Below are positions 9,470 to 18,669 of a stretch of DNA of 64,000 bases, in pieces (within the stretch, counting starts at the first letter, position 1; each line of letters opens with the position of its first letter). Source of the DNA: Bacteroidota bacterium (GTDB lineage: Bacteria; Bacteroidota; Bacteroidia; B-17B0; Aurantibacillaceae); NCBI GenBank assembly GCA_013816895.1, contig JACDDR010000001.1, positions 17,117 to 81,116 of the forward strand. Direction: 5' to 3'. The translations under genes and the position numbers were made by a program. The notes beneath the pieces were generated by a model that saw nothing but the letters and a program-made list of their open reading frames with translations, had not been told where the DNA came from and searched no databases.

Positions 9470-11331
9470 TAGCGGTGTTTCTCTGGAACTTTTATTTTAT
9501 CGTGAATAAGGTCTGCTTCAATCATTCGCTTTTCCACTTCAGGTCTTTCAGTTTTACCTTTTAAATATTTTTCGATCATAAGTGTAACAATGGGGGCGCT
9601 CCAGGTATTTCCAAAACCCGCATTTTCAACAATGCATGCAATGGCAATTTTCGGATTTTCCCTTGGAGCAAATGCAAGAAACACGGCATGGTCTTTTCCG
9701 TGAGGATTCTGCGCTGTTCCCGTTTTTCCGCAAACCACAATGTCTTTGAGGCGATTGGTGTACGCTGTTCCACCAGGTTCCATCGCCCCCTGCATGCCAT
9801 CAATCACATTCTGATACGCCTCCGGATTTTGAACGCCTACAAAATGCTTTACCTTAAAACGTTTATCCAGGGCTTTTTCCGGACCAACTCCCTTGATACA
9901 ATGCGGCGTATAATAAAAACCGCGATTTGCGATAGAAGCCACAACGTTCGCCATCTGTAACGGCACGAGTAATAATTCAGCTTGTCCGATTCCCAATGAA
10001 ACAATTGTATTGCTCCTCCATCCATTTTTACCAAATACTTTGTTATAATATTCTACTGAAGGTACATTGCCAGGCTTATCGTATGGCAAATCCGTACCAA
10101 GCCGCGTTCCCGGACCAAATGTTTTTACAGTTTCGCGCCAGTGATTATAGCCATCAATAAAATGGGGATATTTTTTTTGATCAACAATTTCTCTGAAAAC
10201 ATAACTGTAATAGGAATTACAGGAAACCGATATAGAGCCCGTTAGATTTTTTCCACCCCCGTGCGCATGACATTTCGGCTTGCCTCCCATTGGCGGATAA
10301 CCCATTTGGCACGGGAAAACAGTTGAGCGATTAATTAATCCATCGTTTTGTGCAATAAGGGCATCAATTAATTTGAAGATGGAGCCTGGAGGGTACATGG
10401 CTGTGAGCGCCCGGTTAAATAAAGGGAGGTCAACGGTGTCGTAATAAAGTTTTGTAAAATTTCTGGAACGTTCTTTTCCGCCCACCAATAAATTAGGATC
10501 ATATGTAGGGGCTGATATCAGCGCAAGGATTTCTCCGGTGGAAGGTTCGATAGCAACAACTGCGCCCTTTTTTCCATTCAATAATTTTTCTCCGTACTCC
10601 TGCAGGTCCATGTCGATAGAACAATACAAAGGCTTGCCGGGAATGGCCAGCGTATCGTATTTCCCATTCATGTACCGGCCAATGATCTTATTATGCACAT
10701 CGGTAATAGCCATCTGAACTCCTTTTTTTCCCCGCAGTTCTTCCTCATAGCTTCTTTCTATCCCGGTAATGCCAATATAATCCCCTTCCCGATAGTACGC
10801 GTCTTTTTCAGCCTTTTCTTTTGTTACCTCGTTTACATAGCCCAGCAAATGGGCGGCAATAGGGCGCGGATACCTTCTAACGGTTCGCTTCTGTACAAAA
10901 AATCCTTTGAAGCGGTATAACTTTTCCTGCAGCGCGGCGTATGTTGGTGCCGACATTTGCTTTTCGAAAACACTTTCCTTTCGGGGAGAATTGGGTGCCT
11001 GGCAGGCCTTTTTAAACCTCCTGAGATATTCTATTTTATTAATCTGTAAAACTTCACACAAGGCGAACGTATCACATCCTTTAGTTTCTTTTGGGATAAT
11101 CATGAGGTCATAGGATGGTTCGTTCTGCACCAGCAACTTACCCTTGCGATCAAAAATATAACCGCGCACCGGATATTCTGTCATTTTACGAAGCGCGTTA
11201 TTATCTGCCGCAAGTTTATACTGATCGTCGATCACCTGGATATAAAAAAGCCGCACAATATAAATTAAGGCGATGAGGCAGAAAAATCCGCCAATCATAA
11301 ATTTCCTGTCCGAAAGCTGAACGTTGCTCAT
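9469..11331 (-). CDS. mrdA: Penicillin-binding protein 2
   Basis: N-terminal TM anchor, PBP dimer domain, SxxK (GSIFK), SxN (SCN), KTG (GKTGTAQ); located in the mreBCD-rodA operon. Confidence 0.95.
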   Translation of the reverse strand: MSNVQLSDRKFMIGGFFCLIALIYIVRLFYIQVIDDQYKLAADNNALRKMTEYPVRGYIFDRKGKLLVQNEPSYDLMIIPKETKGCDTFALCEVLQINKIEYLRRFKKACQAPNSPRKESVFEKQMSAPTYAALQEKLYRFKGFFVQKRTVRRYPRPIAAHLLGYVNEVTKEKAEKDAYYREGDYIGITGIERSYEEELRGKKGVQMAITDVHNKIIGRYMNGKYDTLAIPGKPLYCSIDMDLQEYGEKLLNGKKGAVVAIEPSTGEILALISAPTYDPNLLVGGKERSRNFTKLYYDTVDLPLFNRALTAMYPPGSIFKLIDALIAQNDGLINRSTVFPCQMGYPPMGGKPKCHAHGGGKNLTGSISVSCNSYYSYVFREIVDQKKYPHFIDGYNHWRETVKTFGPGTRLGTDLPYDKPGNVPSVEYYNKVFGKNGWRSNTIVSLGIGQAELLLVPLQMANVVASIANRGFYYTPHCIKGVGPEKALDKRFKVKHFVGVQNPEAYQNVIDGMQGAMEPGGTAYTNRLKDIVVCGKTGTAQNPHGKDHAVFLAFAPRENPKIAIACIVENAGFGNTWSAPIVTLMIEKYLKGKTERPEVEKRMIEADLIHDKIKVPEKHR

Positions 11332-11846
11332 GACCTTCGTTTTTTATAATAAAAAAGAAACTGTAACAGGTAGATCAGACCAAAGGTACCAATGCTGCTT
11401 AAAACAACGCGCAGAAGAATGTGAAAAAATTCTGAAAATCTGAATACTTCCATATAAAAAAAGAAAAGATGATGGATCAGCACCAGCGTGCCCGCATAAC
11501 TCAGGAACCAGGCCAGGCCCATATCTTCCACGCAGGGGTGTACACCCGCGTCATAACCCTCGCGCGGAGAAATAAATTTTAAAACATAATACCTCGAAAA
11601 CCCCATCACGGTACAAGCTGAAGCATGCAGCCCCGAAGAATCAAAAAAGAAATCGATAATTACCCCAAGAAAAAAAGAAGAAATAAGCAACATCATTTTT
11701 GGGGTTTCGAAAGGAAGCAGAATAATAGCGAGGACATATGGAAGCAAAATAATATAACTACCCAGCTGAATGTTCTGGATAATCAATACCTGCAGGAGGA
11801 TTAAAAAAATAAACCGGAAAATATTTTTTATGATCTCAGTCGTCAA
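11328..11846 (-). CDS. mreD: Rod shape-determining protein MreD
   Basis: Hydrophobic 172 aa protein between mreC and mrdA; LGVIIDFFFDSSGLHASA motif. Confidence 0.9.
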   Translation of the reverse strand: MTTEIIKNIFRFIFLILLQVLIIQNIQLGSYIILLPYVLAIILLPFETPKMMLLISSFFLGVIIDFFFDSSGLHASACTVMGFSRYYVLKFISPREGYDAGVHPCVEDMGLAWFLSYAGTLVLIHHLFFFYMEVFRFSEFFHILLRVVLSSIGTFGLIYLLQFLFYYKKRRS

Positions 11847-12675
11847 CTTGCTTCTGCGTCATTTTTTCAAGTGAGTCGCGTTCACCTTTAAATTTATTTT
11901 TAATAATATAAACGTGGTTAACTTTTTTGAGATCGGTGCTGAGCTTCACCTTCACAGTAAAGAACCCTTCGTTCTGGCGTCTCTCGTAACTATCCACGAT
12001 GCCTACCATAATTCCTTCCGGAAAAATGCCCGACAATTCACTGGTAATAACAGTATCTCCCGCCTTTATTTTTGCGTGTGTAGGAATATCTGTAAGCAGG
12101 CAATAGCGGTAATCTTTTCCATCCCATATTAAAGGGCCATAGCTTCCGTCTTTTTTTAGCTGACAGTTTACACGCACATCTTTATGAAGAATACTCATTA
12201 CACTGGAGAAATTAGAAGAAGCATCAGTAACGATCCCCACAATGCCATCGCTGCTCATTACCGCCATGTCATGTCCTATTCCCTGTTCCGTTCCGATATT
12301 AAGCGTTAAGTAATTACGACGTTTGTTGACACTGGAGTTAACCACCTTAGCGCTCAGGCAAGAGTATTGCTGCTTATAAAGCGTATCGAGTTTTTCGTAA
12401 ACACTTAGCGGAATTACATTATAATTACTTTTCAGAAGAGTCCTCAGAATGGAATTTTCCCTGGCAAGGATATCGTTTTCACGTTTGAGTGAAAAGTATT
12501 CTTTTGTATTGGCAGCAGCGGTATATACGTTGCCGACAACTTTATTTGAAGAATTTAAAACGTGTGAGCCCTGATAACCTTTGTTACGCACCATCAACAA
12601 CACGCAAGCCGCCTGCAACAAAATAAACATAAAAATGAAATTATGTTTTATTACAAATGCAAGAAGATTTCTCAC
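11836..12675 (-). CDS. mreC: Rod shape-determining protein MreC
   Basis: TM helix, coiled coil (LKRENDILARENS), beta domain (GIVGIV...GDTVITS...IFPEGIMVG); GTG start. Confidence 0.93.
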   Translation of the reverse strand: MRNLLAFVIKHNFIFMFILLQAACVLLMVRNKGYQGSHVLNSSNKVVGNVYTAAANTKEYFSLKRENDILARENSILRTLLKSNYNVIPLSVYEKLDTLYKQQYSCLSAKVVNSSVNKRRNYLTLNIGTEQGIGHDMAVMSSDGIVGIVTDASSNFSSVMSILHKDVRVNCQLKKDGSYGPLIWDGKDYRYCLLTDIPTHAKIKAGDTVITSELSGIFPEGIMVGIVDSYERRQNEGFFTVKVKLSTDLKKVNHVYIIKNKFKGERDSLEKMTQKQVDD

Positions 12676-12748
12676 GGTAAAAAATTAAGGAAATTAATTG
12701 GCGAACCATTTGTCGGCTCAAGGTAAATCTACAAAGGAGAGACTTTTT

Positions 12749-13771
12749 TTATTTGATCAGGAACGGGAATTTATGAACATTTTTGAGTGCAATACCGGTG
12801 CCTCTGGCAACTGCACGGAGAGGGTCTTCACACACGTGCACAGGTAATTTTGTTTTCATTGAGATGCGTTTATCCAAACCGCGAAGTAAAGATCCGCCGC
12901 CTGCCATGTAAATACCTTTACGGTAAATATCCGCAGCAAGCTCCGGAGGCGTCATTTCCAGGGCGTTCAGAATCGCTTCTTCGATCTTGGAAATAGATTT
13001 ATCGAGGCAGTGTGCAATCTCAACATAACTGATATAAACTTCTTTAGGAATACCACTCATTAAATCCCTGCCCTGTACTGCGAAGTCAGCCGGAGGATTT
13101 TCAATCTCTGTCATGGCCGCTCCCACTTCAATTTTTACGCGTTCTGCAGAACGTTCGCCAATTAAAATATTGTGCTGGCGACGCATGTATTCTTCAATAT
13201 TGGCATTAAAATCATCTCCCGCAATGCGGATGGATTTATCGCAAACAATACCACCGAGTGCTATAACCGCGATCTCGGAAGTACCACCTCCGATGTCAAT
13301 GATCATATTCCCCATCGGCTCTTCCACATCAATGCCCATACCAATTGCAGCTGCCATTGGTTCATGGATCATGTAAACTTCTTTCGCGCCAGCGTGTTCA
13401 GCGCTATCTCGCACCGCACGTTTTTCAACCTCTGTGATACCGCTCGGAATACAAATTACCATTCTCAGCGAAGGTTTAAAGAAACGGCTTCCGGGATTAA
13501 TCATCTTGATCATTCCTTTGATCATTTCTTCTGCCGCCTGAAAATCCGCAATCACTCCGTCTTTCAGAGGACGAATGGTTTTGATATTCTCATGCGTTTT
13601 ACCGTGCATCATCTGCGCGTATCTGCCTACAGCAATTACCCGACCGGTTGTACGATCAACCGCGACAATACTTGGCTCATCAACCACCACCTTATCATTA
13701 CTGATTATAATTGTGTTTGCCGTGCCTAAGTCAATCGCTATGTCCTGGGTTAAAAAATCGAATAATGCCAT
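12749..13771 (-). CDS. mreB: Rod shape-determining actin homologue MreB
   Basis: IAIDLGTANT, RPLKDGVIADF, ITEVEKRAV, EPMAAAIG, IDIGGGTSE, AGGGSLL. Confidence 0.97.
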   Translation of the reverse strand: MALFDFLTQDIAIDLGTANTIIISNDKVVVDEPSIVAVDRTTGRVIAVGRYAQMMHGKTHENIKTIRPLKDGVIADFQAAEEMIKGMIKMINPGSRFFKPSLRMVICIPSGITEVEKRAVRDSAEHAGAKEVYMIHEPMAAAIGMGIDVEEPMGNMIIDIGGGTSEIAVIALGGIVCDKSIRIAGDDFNANIEEYMRRQHNILIGERSAERVKIEVGAAMTEIENPPADFAVQGRDLMSGIPKEVYISYVEIAHCLDKSISKIEEAILNALEMTPPELAADIYRKGIYMAGGGSLLRGLDKRISMKTKLPVHVCEDPLRAVARGTGIALKNVHKFPFLIK

Positions 13772-13885
13772 AAAATTCTAAGAGAATAAGATATGTAAAG
13801 ATAACAAGAAAGCCACGTAAAATCTACGTTTCAAAAAGATTTAAGTTAAAGATTTCAAAAAGAAGTTAACAGACAATGAAGTTAA

Positions 13886-13954
13886 AAGTTATTGGTTATT
13901 CGTTAACTCTTCCTTACATCCAAAAGATAACTATTAACGAATAACAAATAACTT
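13886..13954. repeat. 21-bp inverted repeat (20/21 identity, 27-nt spacer) with heptamer periodicity
   Basis: Left arm AAGTTATTGGTTATTCGTTAA 13886-13906; right arm TTAACGAATAACAAATAACTT 13934-13954. Confidence 0.8.
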
Positions 13955-13956
13955 CT

Positions 13957-15354
13957 TCAGTAACCCAGTATTTTCAACATACTCTTGTAGCTCTGCTCTT
14001 TTGCAAAAAGGCGTGTTGAAATTTCTCCGTCTTCGTCACGGTCGATCAAAACATGTTTCGGCGCGGGAATCAAACAATGCTGCGTTCCGCCATATCCGCT
14101 TAACGCTTCCTGATAAGCCCCGGTGTGAAAAAATCCAACGTACATGGGCTTTTTGTCGGTCTTTTCAACCTTGGGCAAAAACACCTGGTTGGTATGTGCC
14201 TCGGTATTGTAATAATCCATGCTGTCGCAGGTGAGGCCCCCAAGGTTCACGGCAACATAGGGCCTGTTCCAGTTGTTCACTGCAAGCAAAATAAAACGCT
14301 GATTAATTCCCCATGTATCAGGCAGGGTGGTAATAAAAGAACTGTCAATCATGTACCACATTTCCCGGTCGTTCTGTTGTTTCTGATCGATGATGGAATA
14401 TAAAGTAGCGCCGCTTTCGCCTACTGTAAAGGATCCAAACTCCGTAAAAATATCCGGCTCGTCCAAATCATTATCCTTGCAAAACATTTTTATCTGCTCC
14501 ACAATTTCTTCTATCATGTATTCGTAATCGTATTCAAAACCCAGTGAATTACGTATTGGCATGCCACCGCCGATGTTGAGGGAGTTAAGATCCGGACAAA
14601 CTGCTTTTAATTCCTTATAGATATTGAGGCATTTGTTAAGCTCTGTCCAGTAATAAATGGTATCCTTAATTCCGGTATTAATAAAAAAATGAAGAAGCTT
14701 AAGTCTGAATCTTGGGTTGGTTGCTATTTTATCTTTGTATAAGGTCATGATATCGCTATTGCGGATACCAAGACGGGAGGTATAAAATGTAAATGAAGGT
14801 TCTTCTTCCGTACTGATTCTTATTCCAAGGTTCACAACATCTGCCTTGGTGTGCTTTGTATAATAATCGATCTCTTCGAGGTGATCAAGCACGGGTATAA
14901 CGTTGAATCCATCGTTGATCAGCTCTGTGATATTCTGCTTGTAATTGGTGCGCTTATACCCATTACAAATAATATATGTATCTTTGTTAAGCGATTTTTT
15001 TTGAAACTGTTCTTTGATAATATTTAGATCAAATGCTGAGGAAGTCTCAATGTGGACCTCATTTTTCAGCACTTCATCCAGCACAAAACTAAAGTGAGAA
15101 CTCTTGGTACAGTAGCAATAAACGTACTTTCCTTTATAGTCCACCTTAGCCATTGCCACATTAAACAAACGTTTGGCTTTTTGAATCTGCGACCCTATTT
15201 TAGGTAAATAGCTGATTCTGAGCGGAGTGCCATATTGTTTAATGATATCCATTAGATTAATATCATTAAAATAAAGTTCATCATCCTTTACATCAAATCC
15301 CTCTTGCGGGAAGTTAAAGGTTTGGTGGATTAAAGTTGAATAAGCATTGTCCAT
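13957..15354 (-). CDS. speA: Arginine decarboxylase (short Bacteroidetes-type, PLP group IV)
   Basis: YCYCTKSSH (PLP lysine), ETSS, SRLGI, LLHFF, LNIGGG, IFTEFGSFTVGESG, LTCDS, TGAYQ, HCLIPAP. Confidence 0.9.
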   Translation of the reverse strand: MDNAYSTLIHQTFNFPQEGFDVKDDELYFNDINLMDIIKQYGTPLRISYLPKIGSQIQKAKRLFNVAMAKVDYKGKYVYCYCTKSSHFSFVLDEVLKNEVHIETSSAFDLNIIKEQFQKKSLNKDTYIICNGYKRTNYKQNITELINDGFNVIPVLDHLEEIDYYTKHTKADVVNLGIRISTEEEPSFTFYTSRLGIRNSDIMTLYKDKIATNPRFRLKLLHFFINTGIKDTIYYWTELNKCLNIYKELKAVCPDLNSLNIGGGMPIRNSLGFEYDYEYMIEEIVEQIKMFCKDNDLDEPDIFTEFGSFTVGESGATLYSIIDQKQQNDREMWYMIDSSFITTLPDTWGINQRFILLAVNNWNRPYVAVNLGGLTCDSMDYYNTEAHTNQVFLPKVEKTDKKPMYVGFFHTGAYQEALSGYGGTQHCLIPAPKHVLIDRDEDGEISTRLFAKEQSYKSMLKILGY

Positions 15355-15452
15355 TTTGCAAATCTAAGTGAGTTGGTTTGTAAATTAAAAATTGAAGTAA
15401 CTCATTTACTTAAACAAAAATAAGCCAATTATATAAGAATATACTGTAATTT

Positions 15453-16406
15453 ATGATAAAACCCATTAAAATAATCGAAGTTAAAAGCGAGATTGGCGCC
15501 GGAACCCGCGGATCCAGTATGGGTGTGGATGCCATTAAGATTGCTGCCCTTGACTTTGGAAGCCCCTTTTTTAAACGCTATAAAACTGTTGAAATCCCCA
15601 CTGAAAACAATCTTTTACTGGAACCAGTAGTGCACGACTATGCCAAGCGAATTAAAGGCATTTTTAGCCTGAACGAACGCATTGCCAAGGAAATTCAGAA
15701 AACATTACATGCTGAACAGATCCCAATTGTATTAGCGGGCGATCACAGTTCGGCACTTGGTACTATAAGCGGGATTCGTATGGCCTACCCTGAAAAGCGT
15801 CTTGGCGTTATATGGATTGATGCTCACGCCGACCTCCACAGTCCTTACACTACCCCAAGCGGGAACATGCACGGAATGCCGCTTTCGGTAGTATTGAACG
15901 AAGATAATCGCGACAAACAACAGAACAAACCGGATGATGAAACGGTTGAATATTGGGAAAAATTAAAGAATTTGGGCGGAATTTGCCCTAAAATCCATTA
16001 TAATGATTTGGTTTTTATCGCTTTGCGTGATTTTGAGCCGCAGGAAGATTATCTCATTAAGAAAAACAAAGTAAGAGTGTTTAATCTGCAGGAAATTCGC
16101 AAGAAAGCGGTAGAACGGGTGGCTATTGATTCGCTTAACTATCTTGATCATTGCGATCTCATCTATGTAAGTTTTGATGTAGACAGTATGGATTCACGTA
16201 TTTCAAGCGGAACGGGCACTCCGGTTCCTAACGGAATCACTGAGAAAGAGGCGGGAAATCTTATTTACTATATTATGAGGAGTAAAAAAATCGTTTGCTT
16301 CGAAATGGTAGAGATTAATCCAACGCTTGATAAAGAAAATTTGATGGCGGAAAATGCTTTTGAAATTCTTCAGAAAACAACTAACCAGTTGAGTAACGAC
16401 TTCTAA
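15453..16406 (+). CDS. rocF: Arginase (ureohydrolase family)
   Basis: Mn-binding motifs GDHS, WIDAHADLH, SGNMHGMP, SFDVDSMD, GTGTPV, EMVEINP. Confidence 0.9.
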   Translation: MIKPIKIIEVKSEIGAGTRGSSMGVDAIKIAALDFGSPFFKRYKTVEIPTENNLLLEPVVHDYAKRIKGIFSLNERIAKEIQKTLHAEQIPIVLAGDHSSALGTISGIRMAYPEKRLGVIWIDAHADLHSPYTTPSGNMHGMPLSVVLNEDNRDKQQNKPDDETVEYWEKLKNLGGICPKIHYNDLVFIALRDFEPQEDYLIKKNKVRVFNLQEIRKKAVERVAIDSLNYLDHCDLIYVSFDVDSMDSRISSGTGTPVPNGITEKEAGNLIYYIMRSKKIVCFEMVEINPTLDKENLMAENAFEILQKTTNQLSNDF

Positions 16407-16416
16407 AATAAAAAAG

Positions 16417-16917
16417 GTGCAGAAGGTAATGTTTAAACATGCAGTGGTGGATGATCTCGAGAAGATTGTGATCACTTATAATTCCACGGTTGCTTCGCGC
16501 CTGGTAACTGCAGATCTTGAACCTGTTTCTGTTGAATCCAAACTTTCCTGGTTTAATTCACATTCAAAAGAAAAACGTCCGCTCTGGCTTGTTTTATATA
16601 ACGATGAATACGCGGGCTGGATGAGCTTTAATTCTTTTTACGGAAGGCCGGCTTATGACGGAACAGTTGAAGTAAGTATTTACCTCGAGGAAAAATTTCG
16701 CGGAAAGGGTTTGGGAAAAGCGTGCCTTCAGAAAGCCATTGATGTTTGCGGAGAATTTAAAGTTCAGAATCTTTTAGGCTTTATATTCGGACACAACGAA
16801 CCCAGCCTTAATCTCTTTTACAAATTCGGTTTCGAGAAATGGGCGCATCTTCCAAAGGTGGCCAATATGGATGGAATCGAGAGAGATCTTATTATTTTGG
16901 GGAAGCGGGTTGAGTAA
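16417..16917 (+). CDS. GNAT N-acetyltransferase, phosphinothricin acetyltransferase/MnaT-like
   Basis: YNSTVASRLVTADLEPV, FYGRPAYDGTVEVSIYL, RGKGLG, NEPSLNLFYKFGF. Confidence 0.88.
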   Translation: MQKVMFKHAVVDDLEKIVITYNSTVASRLVTADLEPVSVESKLSWFNSHSKEKRPLWLVLYNDEYAGWMSFNSFYGRPAYDGTVEVSIYLEEKFRGKGLGKACLQKAIDVCGEFKVQNLLGFIFGHNEPSLNLFYKFGFEKWAHLPKVANMDGIERDLIILGKRVE

Positions 16918-16972
16918 ATAAATTATTTTCACTTCTTCAAATTGTAGTATCTTCATTCTAAATTAATAGAAT

Positions 16973-18577
16973 ATGAAATTACTTATCACTTCTTTAATGG
17001 CGATTTTTATACTTGTATGTAAATCACAAACAATTTTTCAAAGAACTTATGATATTGGTTCCGGTACAGAAATAACAAAAAAAATAATCAATGTTTCCGG
17101 CGGTTATGTTATGGCCGGCTATTCCAGCTCATCTTCTCTCCAAAAAGACATTCTTATTATACAAACCAATTCAACGGGTAATGTTGTATGGTCAAAAACT
17201 TATAGTGGGGTTAAAGATGATGAAGCAACCGATATTATTTCTACGTATGACGGAGGTTTTGCTGTAACCGGACTAACAAAAAGTTTTGCAACAACCGGTA
17301 CGGACAGCGTAAATGCCTTTATCATGAAACTTGATGCGGTAGGAAATATTATCTGGTCTAAAGCTTTCGGCGGTAATGCCCATGATGCCGGTAACGCGAT
17401 ACTGCAAACATCCGACAGTGGATTTGTGGTTACAGGTTATACTGAAAGTTTTGGCGGAGGGAACAAAGATGTTTTAATAATTAAAACAAATAAGAACGGT
17501 AACACTACGTGGATGAAAGCTTTCGGAGGCTCGAATCCTGATGTTGGAAATTCAATTTGTAAAAGTGCATCGAATAATTACTTTTTAACCGGAAGCACAG
17601 GAATAACAGGTTCACAAAATATTATTTTAAGCCTATATATTAACCCCTCAGGTAACCTTATATGGCACAAAACATACGATTTTACTTTGTCTGCTTCCAA
17701 TTTTCAGCGAATTGGCTTTGGAGCGCTTGAAAATAACAATAAACAATTCCTTATTACCGGGAAGGTTGGCTCGGGCACCTTTGGTGACGCTCAGGCATTT
17801 TTATTAAATATCGACAGCACCGGAAACAGCGTAAATTGGGCAAGAGCGTATGTATTGAATAGCGGCGATTGCAGTGCCCGATCAATTCAGTCGCTGCCTG
17901 ACGGGGGATACGTTTTAGGAGGCAGCATGGGAAATTATTCGCCCGCGCTTATTAAGGTAAATAGTTCAGGGCTCAGGCAATGGAGTTATTATTATGGGTC
18001 GATGAACGTCCCGGCCATTCAAGGTTTTGGTTACTCAGTCGCAAAAGCGGGAGATAAGGGATTCGCGTTAAGTGGTTATTACTTACCGGGATCAACTAAT
18101 GATACAAGTGCAGTAATAATCAAAACCGATAGCCTGGGCAACAGCTCGTGTAATTTCGCAAACACTTTTGGTTCGGGCACAAATACGTTAACCGCTATTG
18201 TCAGCCAGATTTCTTCCACCTTAACTTCCGGTGGAACCAGTTTTAATATTTCACCTTCTGTAATTTCGCCGGTTATTTCTCCTAACACATTGTGCTTAAC
18301 TGTAGGAATAGGATCAACTTCTAAAGAAAACCCGTTCATTGACATTTATCCTAATCCATTTAACGCAAATACAGTCATTCGGTTTAATGAATACCTGGAA
18401 GATGTTGAAATAAACCTCTATGATCTTCTCGGAAAAAAATTACGAACAATAGGAAATATTTCAGGAAATGAATATGAATTAAGCAGCGAAGGTTTAGACG
18501 CTGGCGTCTATTTTTTGATTTTAAAACACAATAATAATTCCATATCTAAAATTAAATTGGTTGTTTCTAACTACTGA
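16973..18577 (+). CDS. T9SS type A-sorted protein with beta-propeller-like repeats
   Basis: Signal peptide; about 55-aa repeats W(S/M)K(T/A)(Y/F)(S/G)G...D.(A/G)..I....GG(F/Y)...G; CTD IYPNPF...LYDLLGKKL...GVYFLIL...KLVV. Confidence 0.85.
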   Translation: MKLLITSLMAIFILVCKSQTIFQRTYDIGSGTEITKKIINVSGGYVMAGYSSSSSLQKDILIIQTNSTGNVVWSKTYSGVKDDEATDIISTYDGGFAVTGLTKSFATTGTDSVNAFIMKLDAVGNIIWSKAFGGNAHDAGNAILQTSDSGFVVTGYTESFGGGNKDVLIIKTNKNGNTTWMKAFGGSNPDVGNSICKSASNNYFLTGSTGITGSQNIILSLYINPSGNLIWHKTYDFTLSASNFQRIGFGALENNNKQFLITGKVGSGTFGDAQAFLLNIDSTGNSVNWARAYVLNSGDCSARSIQSLPDGGYVLGGSMGNYSPALIKVNSSGLRQWSYYYGSMNVPAIQGFGYSVAKAGDKGFALSGYYLPGSTNDTSAVIIKTDSLGNSSCNFANTFGSGTNTLTAIVSQISSTLTSGGTSFNISPSVISPVISPNTLCLTVGIGSTSKENPFIDIYPNPFNANTVIRFNEYLEDVEINLYDLLGKKLRTIGNISGNEYELSSEGLDAGVYFLILKHNNNSISKIKLVVSNY

Positions 18578-18632
18578 AATTTTAGTATTCATCCTATGCG
18601 TAAAATGAAACTTAATGATTTCAAACGCATGC

Positions 18633-18658
18633 TTTGTGTAATTCGTGTAATTCGTGGC
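18633..18658 (-). repeat. REP-like nonamer repeat copy (GCCACGAAT-TACACGAAT-TACACAAA on the minus strand)
   Basis: TTTGTGTAATTCGTGTAATTCGTGGC; 25/26 identical to 40337-40362. Confidence 0.75.
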
Positions 18659-18669
18659 TGCAGATTAAT

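Noticed and set aside
13172-13729. 185-aa ORF antisense to mreB
   Set aside because: Shadow frame of a highly conserved gene; His/Phe/Asn-rich composition with no motif
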